Source: an uncultured Solirubrobacterales bacterium
Lineage (GTDB): Bacteria > Actinomycetota > Thermoleophilia > Solirubrobacterales > Solirubrobacteraceae
Length of the DNA stretch: 64,000 nucleotides
Reading direction: 5' to 3'
Assembly (NCBI GenBank): GCA_963757015.1
Contig: CAVWQA010000006.1
Location: 69,399 to 133,398 of the forward strand
Of the stretch, positions 18,983 through 29,895 are shown piece after piece. Position 1 is the stretch's first letter; each line of letters opens with the position of its first letter. Made by a program: the position numbers and the translations under genes. The notes under the pieces were generated by a model. The model was not told the origin of the DNA. It was given only the letters and a program-made list of their open reading frames with translations, and made no database searches.

Positions 18983-19708
18983 ATGCCCTACGGCGTGCTG
19001 ACGACAACCGGCGCCCCGCGGCCGCGCCGGCCGCTGCGCCGGCTGATGGTCGACCTCTCGTCGGTTCTGATCCTGACCGGATTGCTGCTGTTGCTCGATG
19101 CTGGGATCACGCTCGTCTGGCAGGAGCCGGTGACCGCGGCCATCGGCCTCGTGGCCCGCAGCCACGTCGACAAGCGTTACCTGAGCTACCACACCGCGCC
19201 GCTGTCGGAGGTCGACAGTGACGCGCTGGCCGCGCTTCGCTCGCGGGGCCAGCGGATCGCGTATCTCGCGCGCCGCGAGCAGCGCCAGATTCGCCCCGGT
19301 GACGCCGTCGGGCACATCGAGATTCCCAAGATCGGGGCGGGCTACCCGATCGTTCAGGGGACCGATACCCAGTCGCTGGAGCGCGGTCCGGGCCACTATC
19401 CGGCGACCGCGCTGCCGGGGATGGGCCAGACCGTCGCGATAGCGGGCCACCGGACCACCTATCTGGCTCCGTTTCGGGAGATCAACGAGCTCGTCCGGGG
19501 CGACCCGATCGTGATCACGATGCCCTACGGAAGATTCACCTACCGGGTGCAGTACCAGCGGATCGTCGAGCCGACGGCGCTGTGGGTGGTCCGAAACGTT
19601 GGCTATGACCGGCTGGTCCTGTCCGCCTGCACCCCGCTCTTCAGCGCGGCGCAACGGATCATCGTGTTCGCGCGGCTGAAGTCGGTGCGGCCGCTTGGTC
19701 CGGCATGA
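18983..19708 (+). CDS. Class E sortase
   Basis: N-terminal TM; GPGHYP; IAGHRTTY (catalytic His); LSACTP (catalytic Cys); downstream Arg (QRIIV). Confidence 0.92.
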   Translation: MPYGVLTTTGAPRPRRPLRRLMVDLSSVLILTGLLLLLDAGITLVWQEPVTAAIGLVARSHVDKRYLSYHTAPLSEVDSDALAALRSRGQRIAYLARREQRQIRPGDAVGHIEIPKIGAGYPIVQGTDTQSLERGPGHYPATALPGMGQTVAIAGHRTTYLAPFREINELVRGDPIVITMPYGRFTYRVQYQRIVEPTALWVVRNVGYDRLVLSACTPLFSAAQRIIVFARLKSVRPLGPA

Positions 19709-19809
19709 GGCCTCGGCCGGCCGCCTCGGCGGGCCTGAGGCCTCGCCGCGGCCACCTGGTCCTGCTCGAGTCCTGGCCGTGCCATCCTTGCCTTACCGTG
19801 TCCAGCCCT

Positions 19810-19986
19810 GTGGGCAGAGATTCAAATCGTGCTCGGCGCTTGAGCCACATCCGCCGGCAGATCAGCCGTGGTGAGTATCAGGTCGACTGCGAAGCCGTCG
19901 CCGACGCCATCGTTCGCCGGATGCTGCGGCGGCGCCAGCTGATGGCTGCCGCCAACCACAAGCGCGGTCAGACGGAGTGTTCGTAG
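19810..19986 (+). CDS. Small FlgM-like (anti-sigma-28 C-terminal domain) protein
   Basis: [29 protein letters not shown] resembles the FlgM C-terminal consensus; TACCGT -10-like hexamer 10 nt before GTG. Confidence 0.55.
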   Translation: MGRDSNRARRLSHIRRQISRGEYQVDCEAVADAIVRRMLRRRQLMAAANHKRGQTECS

Positions 19987-20942
19987 CCGGCCAGGGGCCG
20001 GTCGGCGCCGATCACATCCAGCCCCGGGGACCCCTCGACCACGCGCCCGATCCAGGTGACCCCCAGGGCCCGGGAGGTCTCGGCGAGCTCGGCATTCGAG
20101 GCGCTGGCCGCGGGCAGGCACACGCATAGCTCGTAGTCCTCGCCGGCGCAGGCGGCAAAGCCGGCCGGGTCTTCGCCGAGCTGCGCCGCCACTTCGGCCA
20201 CCCCCGGACACAGGGGCAGCTTTGGCAACTCCAGCTCGATCCGCACCCCGCTGCCATCGGCGAGATGCCGGGCGTCGGTGGCGATCCCATCCGAGATGTC
20301 GATCATCGCCGTGGCACCCAGCTCGCTCAGCGCCAGGCCCTCGGCCAGGCGCGGCTGAGGGTTGGCGTAGCGCTCGCGCAGCCGCGCGGCGACCTCGGCC
20401 GACATCCCGGAGTCCGCCGCTCGTCCTTGCCGCAGCGCCAGCCCGGCACCGGCCCCGCCGAGCGTCCCCGTGACCGCGACCAGATCCCCGGGCCTTGCCC
20501 CGTCCCGACCGACCAGCCCCCCAGGGTCGTCGGCCCACCCGATGACCGTGACCGAGACCGTCAGCGCGTCGGCGGTGGTGACGTCGCCGCCGGCGATGGT
20601 GACGCCCAACGGACCCGCCAGTGCCTGGGCCCCCCGCGCCAGCGCCAGCGCGTCGTCGAGCTCGGTGCCGGCCGGGAGACCGAGTGACAGAAACGCCTCG
20701 CCCGGATCGGCGGCCATCGCGGCCAGGTCCGATAAAGCGGCGGCGAGGGCGCGCCGGCCGATCTCGTCGTGGCTCAGCTCGCCGCTGCGAAAGTGGACCC
20801 GATCGACCATGGTGTCGATCGAGGTCACCGCATAGCGCCGCGCTCGTATGACGGCCGCGTCGTCGCCGAGCCAGCGCAGCACGCGGGGACCGCCCGGCGC
20901 CAGGACGCGCCCCAGCGATTCGATCAGCTCGAGCTCGCGCAT
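19968..20942 (-). CDS. thiL: Thiamine-monophosphate kinase
   Basis: [40 protein letters not shown]. Confidence 0.95.
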   Translation of the reverse strand: MRELELIESLGRVLAPGGPRVLRWLGDDAAVIRARRYAVTSIDTMVDRVHFRSGELSHDEIGRRALAAALSDLAAMAADPGEAFLSLGLPAGTELDDALALARGAQALAGPLGVTIAGGDVTTADALTVSVTVIGWADDPGGLVGRDGARPGDLVAVTGTLGGAGAGLALRQGRAADSGMSAEVAARLRERYANPQPRLAEGLALSELGATAMIDISDGIATDARHLADGSGVRIELELPKLPLCPGVAEVAAQLGEDPAGFAACAGEDYELCVCLPAASASNAELAETSRALGVTWIGRVVEGSPGLDVIGADRPLAGYEHSV

Positions 20943-20957
20943 CGCGCGCCCGCGACG

Positions 20958-21179
20958 TCAGCGGTGTCGGTAGACGATACGAGCCCGGTCGAGGTCGTAG
21001 GGCGAGAGCTCGACCCTGACCCGGTCACCGGGCAGGATCCGGATCCGGAAGCGACGCATCTTGCCGGCCACGTGCCCGAGTACGACCCGATCCATGTTGT
21101 CGAGCTTGACGCGAAACATCGCGTTGGGCAGCGCCTCGACCACCTCGCCTTCGAGCTCGACCTTTTCCTCCTTGGGCAT
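20958..21179 (-). CDS. infA: Translation initiation factor IF-1
   Basis: [15 protein letters not shown]...[33 protein letters not shown]. Confidence 0.98.
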   Translation of the reverse strand: MPKEEKVELEGEVVEALPNAMFRVKLDNMDRVVLGHVAGKMRRFRIRILPGDRVRVELSPYDLDRARIVYRHR

Positions 21180-21271
21180 CGCGACAACGCTACCAGCAGG
21201 CGGCGTGCCGGGGGCCGGGCCGCTCCCCCTCAGGGCTGCTGCCGCTCTCTGATGCCGCTGGCGCTCGCGAC

Positions 21272-23377
21272 TCAGTGATGGCTGACGCTGGCGCCGCCCG
21301 ACGGCGCACTCTGGGGCGGCTGCGCGAACAGCGTGGGGTTGGTGGGGCTCGGAGTTCCGCTCGCCGTGGTCGCGCCGGGAATCGTGGTCGACCCCCCGCT
21401 GACCGAGAAGTGTCCAAAGAAGGGGGTGCCGTGGAAGGGCACCGTGGGCGCCGGGAAATCGCCGCAGTAGCCACCGCTCGCGGCTGACATGTAGTCATGC
21501 CAGATCGGTGCCGCCAGCGCCCCGCCGAAGCCGTCGGACATGGGGATGTTGCCCTGTGGGTAACCGACCCACACCGCAGTCGACATCCGCGGCGTGTAGC
21601 CGACGAACCACGCGTTCTCGAGGTTGTTGGCGGTGCCGGTCTTACCGGCCGCCGGGCAGCCGTAGTTGGCGGCGGTGCCCGTGCCGCTGGTGATCACCTG
21701 CTTGAGCACGTTGGTGGCCGTGGCCGTCTCTCCGTCCGAAAACACTCGCGTGCGATGGGGATCGCCGAAGTTGCGATAGCTGCCATCCGGGAACCGGACC
21801 TTGCCGATGATCGTGGCCGGGATGTGGGTGCCGCCGTTGGCGATCGTCCCGTAGGCGTCGGCCATCTCCAGCGGAGTGACGCCGACGCGCAGGCCGCCGA
21901 TCACCTCGGCCGGATTTGCATCCAAGGGCGAAGTGATGCCCATCGCGTGGGCCATCTTGTCGAGCTTGGTCCAGCCGAGGTCGGCCGCGAGCTGCGCGAA
22001 CACCGTGTTGTCGGACAGGACCGTGGCCTTGGTGATGCTGATGTCGCCCTGGTAGCTGTCCTCGGCGGTGTGGACCTCCCAGGTCGGGTCCGCGGCCAGC
22101 CAGCCGGGAGTCAGGAGATGTGAGTTGTAGAAGGTGTCGTTCGGGTCGCCGTGGTAGTCGTGGATCAGGGTCATCAACGCGAACACCTTGAACGAGGACC
22201 CCGGCTGGCGATGGGCCTGGGTGGCATAGTCGAACTTGGTCTGGTCGTAGTTGCCCGAGGTGGCGATCGCCTCGATATGGCCGTCGAGGGGGTCGACGCT
22301 GGCCAGACCGGCGGCGGCCACTCCTGGTCCCCCCTGCTCGGCCCGGGTCGTGTAGTTGTTGGCGATGGCCTGGTCGGCGAGCGCCTGCTTGCGCAGGTCG
22401 ATCGTCGTGTAGATCTTCAGGCCGCCCTTGTTCAGCGTCGGACAGTTGGTGGGGCTGTGCGGACACAGGTCCTGGGCGACCTGGTCCTCGATGAAGTTGA
22501 ACACGTAGGGCTGGCGGCGCAGCAGATAGGTGTCGTCCTGCTTGAGACGCAGCGGCTGGTGGCTGGCCCGGCGCGCCTGCGCCGCGGTGATGTCGTCGGC
22601 TCCGACCATCGCCTTGAGCACCTCGGCGCGCCGGGCACGGGCGGCCGCCTTGTCGATGAACGGGTTGTACTGAGAGGGCGCCTGGGGTAGGCCCGCGAGC
22701 TGGGCCGACTGCGCCAGCGTGAGCTTCCAGACGGGCTTGTCGAAGAACATCTTCGAGGCGGCCTCGACGCCATACGCGGTCTGGCCGCCGACCGTCCCGT
22801 AGGGCACGTCGTTGAGGTAGCTGGTCAGGATCCAGTTCTTGGAGTGCATGCCCTCCAGCTGCTCGGCCAGCTTGGCCTGGATGATCTTGTAGCGGAGGTC
22901 GTGGTTGGCCTTGAGCCTCGGGGGCAGGTAGACGTTGTCGACCAGCTGCATGGTCAGCGTCGAGGCTCCCTGGAGGCTGCTGCCACCGTTGAAGGCGTCC
23001 TTGATCGCGGCGCGCAGGATGCCCTGGTAGTCGAGCGCACCGTGCTGATAGAAGCGCCGGTCCTCGATGGCGATCGTGGCCTGCTTGAGCCGCCTCGGGA
23101 TCTGGTTCCAGCGCACCGGGGTGCGGATCGTGGGCGAATAGATATAGCCCAGCGACTCGCCGTCGGCGGCGAACACCTGCGACGGCGACCCCGGAATCTG
23201 AGGATGCAGCGATTTCAGACTCGGCGCCGAGTGCGCGACGTTGACGACCCAGCCGGCGACCGCCAGCCCGGCGACGGCCAGGGCGCACACCGCCAGCACC
23301 GCGCCCACGCCGAGTACCCGAAGGATCGGCGATCCGTGATTGCGCCGGCGGCGCCGCTGTCGTTCGCGTCTGCTCAT
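21272..23377 (-). CDS. Class A penicillin-binding protein
   Basis: Transglycosylase [18 protein letters not shown]; transpeptidase GSSFK, SDN, GKTGT. Confidence 0.95.
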   Translation of the reverse strand: MSRRERQRRRRRNHGSPILRVLGVGAVLAVCALAVAGLAVAGWVVNVAHSAPSLKSLHPQIPGSPSQVFAADGESLGYIYSPTIRTPVRWNQIPRRLKQATIAIEDRRFYQHGALDYQGILRAAIKDAFNGGSSLQGASTLTMQLVDNVYLPPRLKANHDLRYKIIQAKLAEQLEGMHSKNWILTSYLNDVPYGTVGGQTAYGVEAASKMFFDKPVWKLTLAQSAQLAGLPQAPSQYNPFIDKAAARARRAEVLKAMVGADDITAAQARRASHQPLRLKQDDTYLLRRQPYVFNFIEDQVAQDLCPHSPTNCPTLNKGGLKIYTTIDLRKQALADQAIANNYTTRAEQGGPGVAAAGLASVDPLDGHIEAIATSGNYDQTKFDYATQAHRQPGSSFKVFALMTLIHDYHGDPNDTFYNSHLLTPGWLAADPTWEVHTAEDSYQGDISITKATVLSDNTVFAQLAADLGWTKLDKMAHAMGITSPLDANPAEVIGGLRVGVTPLEMADAYGTIANGGTHIPATIIGKVRFPDGSYRNFGDPHRTRVFSDGETATATNVLKQVITSGTGTAANYGCPAAGKTGTANNLENAWFVGYTPRMSTAVWVGYPQGNIPMSDGFGGALAAPIWHDYMSAASGGYCGDFPAPTVPFHGTPFFGHFSVSGGSTTIPGATTASGTPSPTNPTLFAQPPQSAPSGGASVSHH

Positions 23378-23515
23378 TGAGTCAGCGTGACTACCGGGCG
23401 TCGCTTGCGTGCTAGGCGTGCGCTCGGGACGCCGGATCTACGCGCCAGTGTAGCCGTCAGGCTTTTTCGTCCTGGCGGTTCTGTGTCCTTCAGGCTGGGA
23501 AGATCGCACGCACTG

Positions 23516-24227
23516 ATGCAGGCCCGGGCCTCTGACCGACGCTGTCTGCTGCTCGACGCGATGGGAACGCTGGTGTGGCTGCGGCCGCCCGCGCCGCGAC
23601 TGCGGATCGAGCTCGCGCGCCGGTTCGGGATCGAGATCTCGCTTGATGAGGCCGAGCAGGCAATTGCCGCCGAGATCCGCTACTACCGCGCTCACATGCA
23701 GGACGGTCGCGACGGCCCCAGCGTGCGCGCGCTGCGCGCCCGGTGCGCCGAGGCGCTGCGCAGCGCCCTTCCGGGCGGCGAGCGACTCGACGGAGTCGAC
23801 GGCGCTGGCATGACCGCGGCCCTGCTCGCCTCGCTGGAGTTCTCGGTCTTCGACGACGCCCCTGGGGCGCTGCAAGCTGCGGCAGCCCGGCGCTGGCCGG
23901 TGGTGGTGGTCAGCAATTGGGATCAGTCGCTCTCGGAGGTGCTGGGACGGCTGGGATTGGCGCCGCTGCTCGATCGCGTGGTCACCTCAGCCGCGGCCGG
24001 CGCCGGCAAGCCCGACCCGGCGATCTTCGAGTTCGCGCTCGAGGCCGTGGGCGCCACCGCCGAGCATGCGTTACATGTCGGTGACAGCCTCGAGGAGGAC
24101 GTGGCTGGCGCGCGGGCGGCGGGGATCAGAGCCCGTGTGGCTCAACCGCCTCGCTGGCCCGACCGACGCCGTGCCGGCTGGCGTTGTCACGATCTCCAGC
24201 CTGGACGAGCTCGGCGTGCGGCTGTGA
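23516..24227 (+). CDS. HAD-IA hydrolase; apparent +1 frameshift near 24133
   Basis: LDAMGTL, VSNWD, KPDPAIF, HVGD; removing one C restores GIRAVWLNR...TISSLDELGVRL*. Confidence 0.8.
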
Positions 24228-24263
24228 CGCCCGGTCCACCCCCCTAACCTCCATCCCAGAACC

Positions 24264-25166
24264 ATGCCCAGCAGGCCTCCCTCCTCCGCCCAGCCGCCGG
24301 CGCCGGCACCGGCACCCGAGACCGGGCCCAGCTCGCCACCAGCCCAGCCCGACTCTCGCGACGTGCCCCCGTGGAGCGTCTGGATGGCCCCGGCCGCCGT
24401 CGTCATCGGCCTGGCCCTCGGGACCCTGGGCTCGCTCGTGGTCGAGCTCGTCGGCGAGGCGGGCGGTTCGTCGGTCGCGCATCCGACGCCGGCGGTCAGC
24501 ATCATCGCCGACATCGTCTTCGATCTCGGCTTCGTCATCGCCGCGCTCTACCTGTGCACGCTGCGCGGACGCGTGAGAGCGGTCGACTTCGGCTTCCGGC
24601 GGGTCAGCCCGCGTTTGGCGCTCAAAGCGATGGTGCTCGCCGCCATCGCCTACTACGGAGTGACGACGATCTACGCCTCGCTCCTGCGACTGCACGGCAC
24701 CGACAAGCTCCCGAGCGAGCTCGGAGCCACCCACAGCACCGCGGCCCTGGTGGCGGCCGCGATCTTCGTCTGCGTGATCGCCCCGATCGCCGAGGAGTTC
24801 TTCTTCCGCGGCTTCTTCTTCGGCGCGCTGCGCAAGTGGAAGATCGTGATCGGCGGGCACGACATCGGTACCTGGCTGGCCGCCGCCGTCACCGGGCTGC
24901 TGTTCGGACTGGCCCACACCGGTTCGGCCGCCTCTCAGTACCTGATCCCGCTCGGCTTTCTGGGGTTCGTTCTGTGCATCGTCCGCTGGAAGACCGGCTC
25001 CCTGTATCCCTGCATCGCGCTGCACAGCGCCAACAACGCGCTCGCGCTGGGGATCAACCAGCTCAACTGGAGCGCGCTCGAGATCCTCGGGCTGGTCCTG
25101 GCCTCGTGGTTCGTGGTCGCCGCGGTCACGGTCCCGCTGGGCGCTCGCTCGCCGCGCATCGCCTGA
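24264..25166 (+). CDS. CPBP (CAAX protease/Abi) intramembrane metalloprotease
   Basis: AEEFFFRG, FGLAH, HSANN motifs; multiple TM segments. Confidence 0.92.
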   Translation: MPSRPPSSAQPPAPAPAPETGPSSPPAQPDSRDVPPWSVWMAPAAVVIGLALGTLGSLVVELVGEAGGSSVAHPTPAVSIIADIVFDLGFVIAALYLCTLRGRVRAVDFGFRRVSPRLALKAMVLAAIAYYGVTTIYASLLRLHGTDKLPSELGATHSTAALVAAAIFVCVIAPIAEEFFFRGFFFGALRKWKIVIGGHDIGTWLAAAVTGLLFGLAHTGSAASQYLIPLGFLGFVLCIVRWKTGSLYPCIALHSANNALALGINQLNWSALEILGLVLASWFVVAAVTVPLGARSPRIA

Positions 25167-25270
25167 CTGAAGCTCCCGCCGCGCGGCGCCTGACGCCCCG
25201 CCGCGCCTGGCCCCGCCGCCGCAGGACTTTTCTCACGTAGCCGATCGTTGAGTGATTTACTTTCCGGCCC

Positions 25271-26513
25271 GTGCGCCGTCATCTGGCTCGATCCGCTGCG
25301 ACTCTGGCGGCCGCAATCGTCGCCTTGGGGACGGCTGCCGCCGGGGCCAGCGCCGCCGGTTCATCCACCGCCACGACCACCTCGGCGGGGTCGTCCACGT
25401 CCGCCGGGTCGACCACGGCTGCCACCACCCTGTCCACGACGTCCACGTCGAGCGCCCCCCCGGCCACTGGGTCCACGACATCCAGGTCGAGCGCCCGCCC
25501 GGCCACGGGGTCCACGACATACACGTCGAGCGCCACCACCGGCCGCGACGACCACGAAGCCAACCCCGACCACACCGACCACGACCACACCGACCACCAC
25601 CACAACCCCGACCCCGACCCCCAAGCCTGCGCCGGCCAAGGCCTCGATCACGCTCTCGCTGCCCGACGCCTTTGTCGTCCACGGCGATACGGTCACCGTC
25701 CCCGGGCGCCTGCTGCAGGCCACCGGGGTGGTCAAGCCCTACGCGCCCGGCCAGTGGGTGGTCGTCAAATCGTTTTTGGGCCACAAGCAGATCAAGCGCG
25801 CCCGCCTGCGCCTCAAGCCCTCCAGCGACCAGCGCAGCGGCCAGTTCACCGAGCAGCTGCGCAGCCCCGGCGTCGGGATCGTGCGCATCCAGGTCACGCA
25901 CAGGGCCACGCCCCAGATGGCCGGGTTCTCCGCGCAGCGGGCCGTCGCGGCGCTCAACGAGCACGCCGGCTTCGGCTCGCACACGACGCTGGTCTCCCTC
26001 GTCCAGCAGCGGCTGGCCGATCTGCACTTCTACATTCCCCAGACCGGCGTCTATGACCAGAAGACGGGGCTGGCGCTCGATGCCTACCACCGGCTGCTGC
26101 ACCGGGACGTCTCGCAGGGGCTCGACCCCCGCACGATCAACTCGTTGCTCACCGGCCAGGGCGCGTTCCACGTCCGTTTCCCGAAGGACGGCAAGCACGT
26201 CGAGGGCGATCTGGGCAACCAGCTGCTGGCGCTGATCTACGGCTCCAAGGTCTACCGGATCTACCCCATCAGCTCGGGCAAGCCGTCGACGCCGACGATC
26301 GTCGGTCATTTCCACGTGTATCTGCGTACCCCGGGCTACCTGCCCGACGGGATGTACTACTCGGACTTCTTCTACCGGGGCTACGCGATCCACGGCTACG
26401 ACCCGGCGCCCGACTACCCGGCTAGCCACGGCTGCATGCGGCTGCCGATCGTCGACGCGATCTCGGTCTGGAACTGGCTGACCTACGGAGTCGTCGTCGA
26501 CACCTATCTGTGA
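25271..26513 (+). CDS. Secreted L,D-transpeptidase with Ser/Thr-rich linker; apparent +1 frameshift near 25535
   Basis: Signal peptide from GTG 25271; catalytic HGY...ASHGCMR in the other frame; third 39-bp repeat unit is one base too long. Confidence 0.8.
25432..25549 (+). repeat. Three intragenic 39-bp tandem repeats (STTSTSSAPPATG-like)
   Basis: Units start at 25432, 25471 and 25510 (GTCCACGAC...GGCC). Confidence 0.85.
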
Positions 26514-27103
26514 CCGCCGCTGATCCACGCGAGCGCCTGCTCGTCGAACTGCGGACACATGCGCTCGTGATCGGCGAGGTCGTTCTCACCAGCGGCGCCA
26601 CCGCGCACTATCTGATCGACGCCAAGCGGGCCATCCTGCGACCGGCGGGCTTTGCCGCGCTGGCCGAGCTGGTGGCGGCGCAGGCCCGGGCGTGGTCAGC
26701 GACCGCCGTTGGCGGGATGACCATGGGTGCCGATCCGATCGCCTGCGCCGCGCTCGCCGGCGGGGCCGACGTGAAGGCGTTCTTCGTCCGCAAGGAGGTC
26801 AAGCAGCACGGGCTGGCGCGGCGGATCGAGGGGCCGCTGCTGGACTCCGACGATCGCTGCATGCTGGTCGAGGACGTGGTCACCACCGGCGGCTCGACGA
26901 TCACGGCGCTGGAGGCGCTGCGCGCCGAGGGGCATCAGGTCTGCGGCGTGCTCGCCATCTGCGATCGGCTCGCCGGGGGCGCGGAGGCGATCGAGCGCGC
27001 CGCCGGCGCGCCGTACGTGGCGCTGACCACGATCGACGAGGTGTATCCGGAACGGCCGGACCGGCTCAGGGCGCCTTCGGCAGCGACTGACACGCCGGAT
27101 TGA
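26510..27103 (+). CDS. pyrE: Orotate phosphoribosyltransferase
   Basis: VLTSG, VRKEVKQHG, PRPP-binding VEDVVTTGGS. Confidence 0.93.
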   Translation: MTAADPRERLLVELRTHALVIGEVVLTSGATAHYLIDAKRAILRPAGFAALAELVAAQARAWSATAVGGMTMGADPIACAALAGGADVKAFFVRKEVKQHGLARRIEGPLLDSDDRCMLVEDVVTTGGSTITALEALRAEGHQVCGVLAICDRLAGGAEAIERAAGAPYVALTTIDEVYPERPDRLRAPSAATDTPD

Positions 27104-28535
27104 GCTGGTGCATGGCTTGCACCACCCAGCCGACGCCGTTGGGGAACGGCGTGAACATCACGACCGGATTGCCGTGCGCGATGGCCTGGCCATATTTGAA
27201 GCCGACCCTGCTGACGTTGAGCCTGAGCGCGTAGGCGAGCGTCGTCTGGTACTCGAGCCGGGTCAGCGGCTCACCGCAGGCGCGCAGTCTGGCCGCCCCG
27301 CCGAGCTGGCCGATGACCGTCGCGAGGTCGTTGATCTCGGCGGTGCGGGCATGCTGCTCGACGAGGTCCTTGTGCTCGGCGCGCGCGTGCGAGAGCACGG
27401 CCGGCAGGAGACTGACGAGCAGCCCGGCGACGAGCGCGGCGCCCACCCACCCCGGCACGCGGGGCCACAACGGGCGATCGATCAGCAGCCTTCCGACGGC
27501 GACGCCCGCGAGCACCACGACCACGCCTCCGGCCTCGAACATGTAGCGCGCGAGCCCGGGCCAGCCATGCAGCGCGAACGCGATCTCCACCAGCACCCAG
27601 AGCACCGCGCCGGCGGCCAGGGCCAGCGTCACCCGATCGCGACGGAACGCCGCCAGGACGACCGCGAGCAGCGCCGCCAGCAGCACCGGCGGCTCGTTGA
27701 GGCCGAGGAAGCGCCCCACCGTCCCAAACACCTTGTCGCTGGTCAGTCGCCGGCCGGACCCGAGCGCGTTGGTGGCGGCCACGAACGGGCTGCGCGAGGT
27801 CAGCGCCGGGATGCCGAACCACAGCAGCGCGATCGCCACCCAGCCCCCTGATACCAGGATCCGGGTCCGGGGCAGCCTGATCCACATCCAGATCGAGTAG
27901 GCGGCCAGAAACGGCCACACCTCGGGCCGGCCGAGCGCCGCGAGCACGCCCAGCAGGAACGCCGCGCGCGGGCGCCGGTAGAGGTGGCAGTCGATCGCCC
28001 CCAGGCACAGCGAGACGATCATCGGATCCGACTGCGAGCTCAGGATGTAGTGCGCGTAGTCCTCGAGCCCCAGCAGAGCGGCGCCCGCGAACACGGCCGC
28101 ACAGAGGCCCGCCCAGCGCCGCTCGGGCGGCGGGTCGACCAGGCGATAGGCGATCCGGCCCGCGAACACGACTCCGGCCAGGGCGACCGCCACCGCGGTG
28201 ATCATCCACAGCCGCAGCTCGTAGTGGCCGGCCAGCGCATAGGGGACCGTGAACAGATACGGCAGCGGTTTCCACGAGGGCGCCGCGTTGGTATCCAACG
28301 AGCCCGTCAGCGTCTGATGACCCCAGACCAGCCAGCCGTAAGGATCGAATCCCGGACGGGTGCGGGCCCAGAAGACCAGCAGCGCCGATAGCAGCGTGAT
28401 GCCGATCCCGGTGCTCCACCAGGGATGGCGGCGCATGAACAGCCGCAGCGTCCAGGCCTCGGGTACGGCCTGTGTAGAGGCCGTCGATGAGGGCGCGGTT
28501 ACGCTGCGCTGCGCTTCTAGCGTGCTCTGGGACAC
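27066..28535 (-). CDS. Polytopic membrane protein, possibly GT-C-fold glycosyltransferase
   Basis: About 10-11 TM segments; Asp in the first outside loop (GFDPYGW), SDP and GRPE motifs; start uncertain. Confidence 0.5.
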   Translation of the reverse strand: MSQSTLEAQRSVTAPSSTASTQAVPEAWTLRLFMRRHPWWSTGIGITLLSALLVFWARTRPGFDPYGWLVWGHQTLTGSLDTNAAPSWKPLPYLFTVPYALAGHYELRLWMITAVAVALAGVVFAGRIAYRLVDPPPERRWAGLCAAVFAGAALLGLEDYAHYILSSQSDPMIVSLCLGAIDCHLYRRPRAAFLLGVLAALGRPEVWPFLAAYSIWMWIRLPRTRILVSGGWVAIALLWFGIPALTSRSPFVAATNALGSGRRLTSDKVFGTVGRFLGLNEPPVLLAALLAVVLAAFRRDRVTLALAAGAVLWVLVEIAFALHGWPGLARYMFEAGGVVVVLAGVAVGRLLIDRPLWPRVPGWVGAALVAGLLVSLLPAVLSHARAEHKDLVEQHARTAEINDLATVIGQLGGAARLRACGEPLTRLEYQTTLAYALRLNVSRVGFKYGQAIAHGNPVVMFTPFPNGVGWVVQAMHQLNPACQSLPKAP

Positions 28536-28666
28536 GAGGCCGGGCGGACCGTAGCACGGGCATCCGCGGCCAGCCGCATCGGCTGAGCACCAGCATCCGG
28601 ACACCCGATCACCGTCGGCAAATGCCGCAAACCAAGTGCGGTTGCCTCCGCGCGAATCGGATAGGT

Positions 28667-28738
28667 TGCCCCCGGCAGGAATCGAACCTGCATCCCGCGC
28701 TTAGGAGGCGCGTGCTCTATCCATTGAGCTACGAGGGC
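28667..28738 (-). tRNA. tRNA-Arg (anticodon CCT)
   Basis: GCCCTCG-TA-GCTC-AATGGATA-GAGC-A-CGCGC-CTCCTAA-GCGCG-GGAT-GCAGG-TTCGATT-CCTGC-CGGGGGC-A cloverleaf; CCA not encoded. Confidence 0.96.
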
Positions 28739-28863
28739 CAGGTGTTTTCCAGCGTATCCGGCGATCGCTTCGTTGAGGAAGCGTTAATGTTGGGTGACAG
28801 GCGGACCGCCATATGGTTCGATCTGCGCATGGAGGATGCTGAGGTGCGACTGGGGACGTGCCT

Positions 28864-29844
28864 ATGAGTGTCGGTGCCGAGCTACTCGTCGAGTCTGAAC
28901 CGACCGTCGAGAGCGTCGAGCTAGTCCCGGCCGAGGTGGCCGCCCGCTCGCCGCGGCAGCTCTTCTGGCGGCGCTTCAAAGCCGATCGCGTGGCCATGGG
29001 GTCGGCGATCTTCATCCTCTTCTTGATCCTCGTGGCGATCTTCGCGCCCCTGGTCGTCTCGATCCTGGGGCTGCAGAGCCCCTACCAGAACAACTCCAAC
29101 GCGCTCGACATCTTCGGCAGTCCCACGGGCCCGAGCTCCACACACCCGTTCGGCGTCGACGAGCTCGGCCGGGACGTGCTCTCGCGGGTGATCTACGGCT
29201 CTCGCGTCTCGCTCATCGTGGGGATCTTCGGGACCGCGATCGCGGCGGTCATCGGGACGTTCTTCGGTTTGCTGGCCGGCTACTACCGCGGCTGGGCCGA
29301 CACGCTGATCTCGCGCATGATTGACGTGTTCCTGGCCTTCCCGGTCCTCGTCCTGGGCCTCGGGATCGGCGCGGCGTGCGGCGTGCGCGGCTGCGCCGGC
29401 GGGCTGATCCAACCAGGACTCGGGACGGTGATTTTCATCATCGTGCTCAGCAACTTCACTTACCTCGCGCGCATTGCCCGCGGGCAGGTGCTGTCCCTGC
29501 GCGAGAAGGAATTCATCGAAGCATCGCGATCGCTGGGGGCGTCAAACAGGCGAATCCTGTTCCGGGAGATCCTGCCCAATCTGATGGCGCCGCTGATCGT
29601 CTACTCGAGCCTGCTGATCCCCGTCAACATCCTGTTCGAGGCCGGGCTGTCGTTCCTGGGTGTGGGAATCCGCCCACCTCAGGCCAGCTGGGGGCAGATG
29701 ATCTCCGACGCTGCGCCGATCTTCAACACCGCTTGGTGGTACATGGTCTTTCCGGGAGTGGCGCTGCTGCTCACGGTGCTCGCGTTCAACCTGGTCGGCG
29801 ACGGCCTGCTGGACGCACTCAACCCACGTGGGGAGTCGCGATGA
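28864..29844 (+). CDS. Oligopeptide/dipeptide ABC permease (OppC/DppC type)
   Basis: HPFGVDELGRDVLSR, EFIEASRSLGAS EAA loop, LSFLGVG. Confidence 0.93.
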   Translation: MSVGAELLVESEPTVESVELVPAEVAARSPRQLFWRRFKADRVAMGSAIFILFLILVAIFAPLVVSILGLQSPYQNNSNALDIFGSPTGPSSTHPFGVDELGRDVLSRVIYGSRVSLIVGIFGTAIAAVIGTFFGLLAGYYRGWADTLISRMIDVFLAFPVLVLGLGIGAACGVRGCAGGLIQPGLGTVIFIIVLSNFTYLARIARGQVLSLREKEFIEASRSLGASNRRILFREILPNLMAPLIVYSSLLIPVNILFEAGLSFLGVGIRPPQASWGQMISDAAPIFNTAWWYMVFPGVALLLTVLAFNLVGDGLLDALNPRGESR

Positions 29845-29895
29845 AGGGACCGCTTCGTAACTCTGCGCGTCTGTCAATCATCAGAGGAGGAATCT

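Noticed and set aside
28667-28738. tRNA-Arg as an island integration site
   Set aside because: No integrase and no duplicated tRNA 3' end seen in the window
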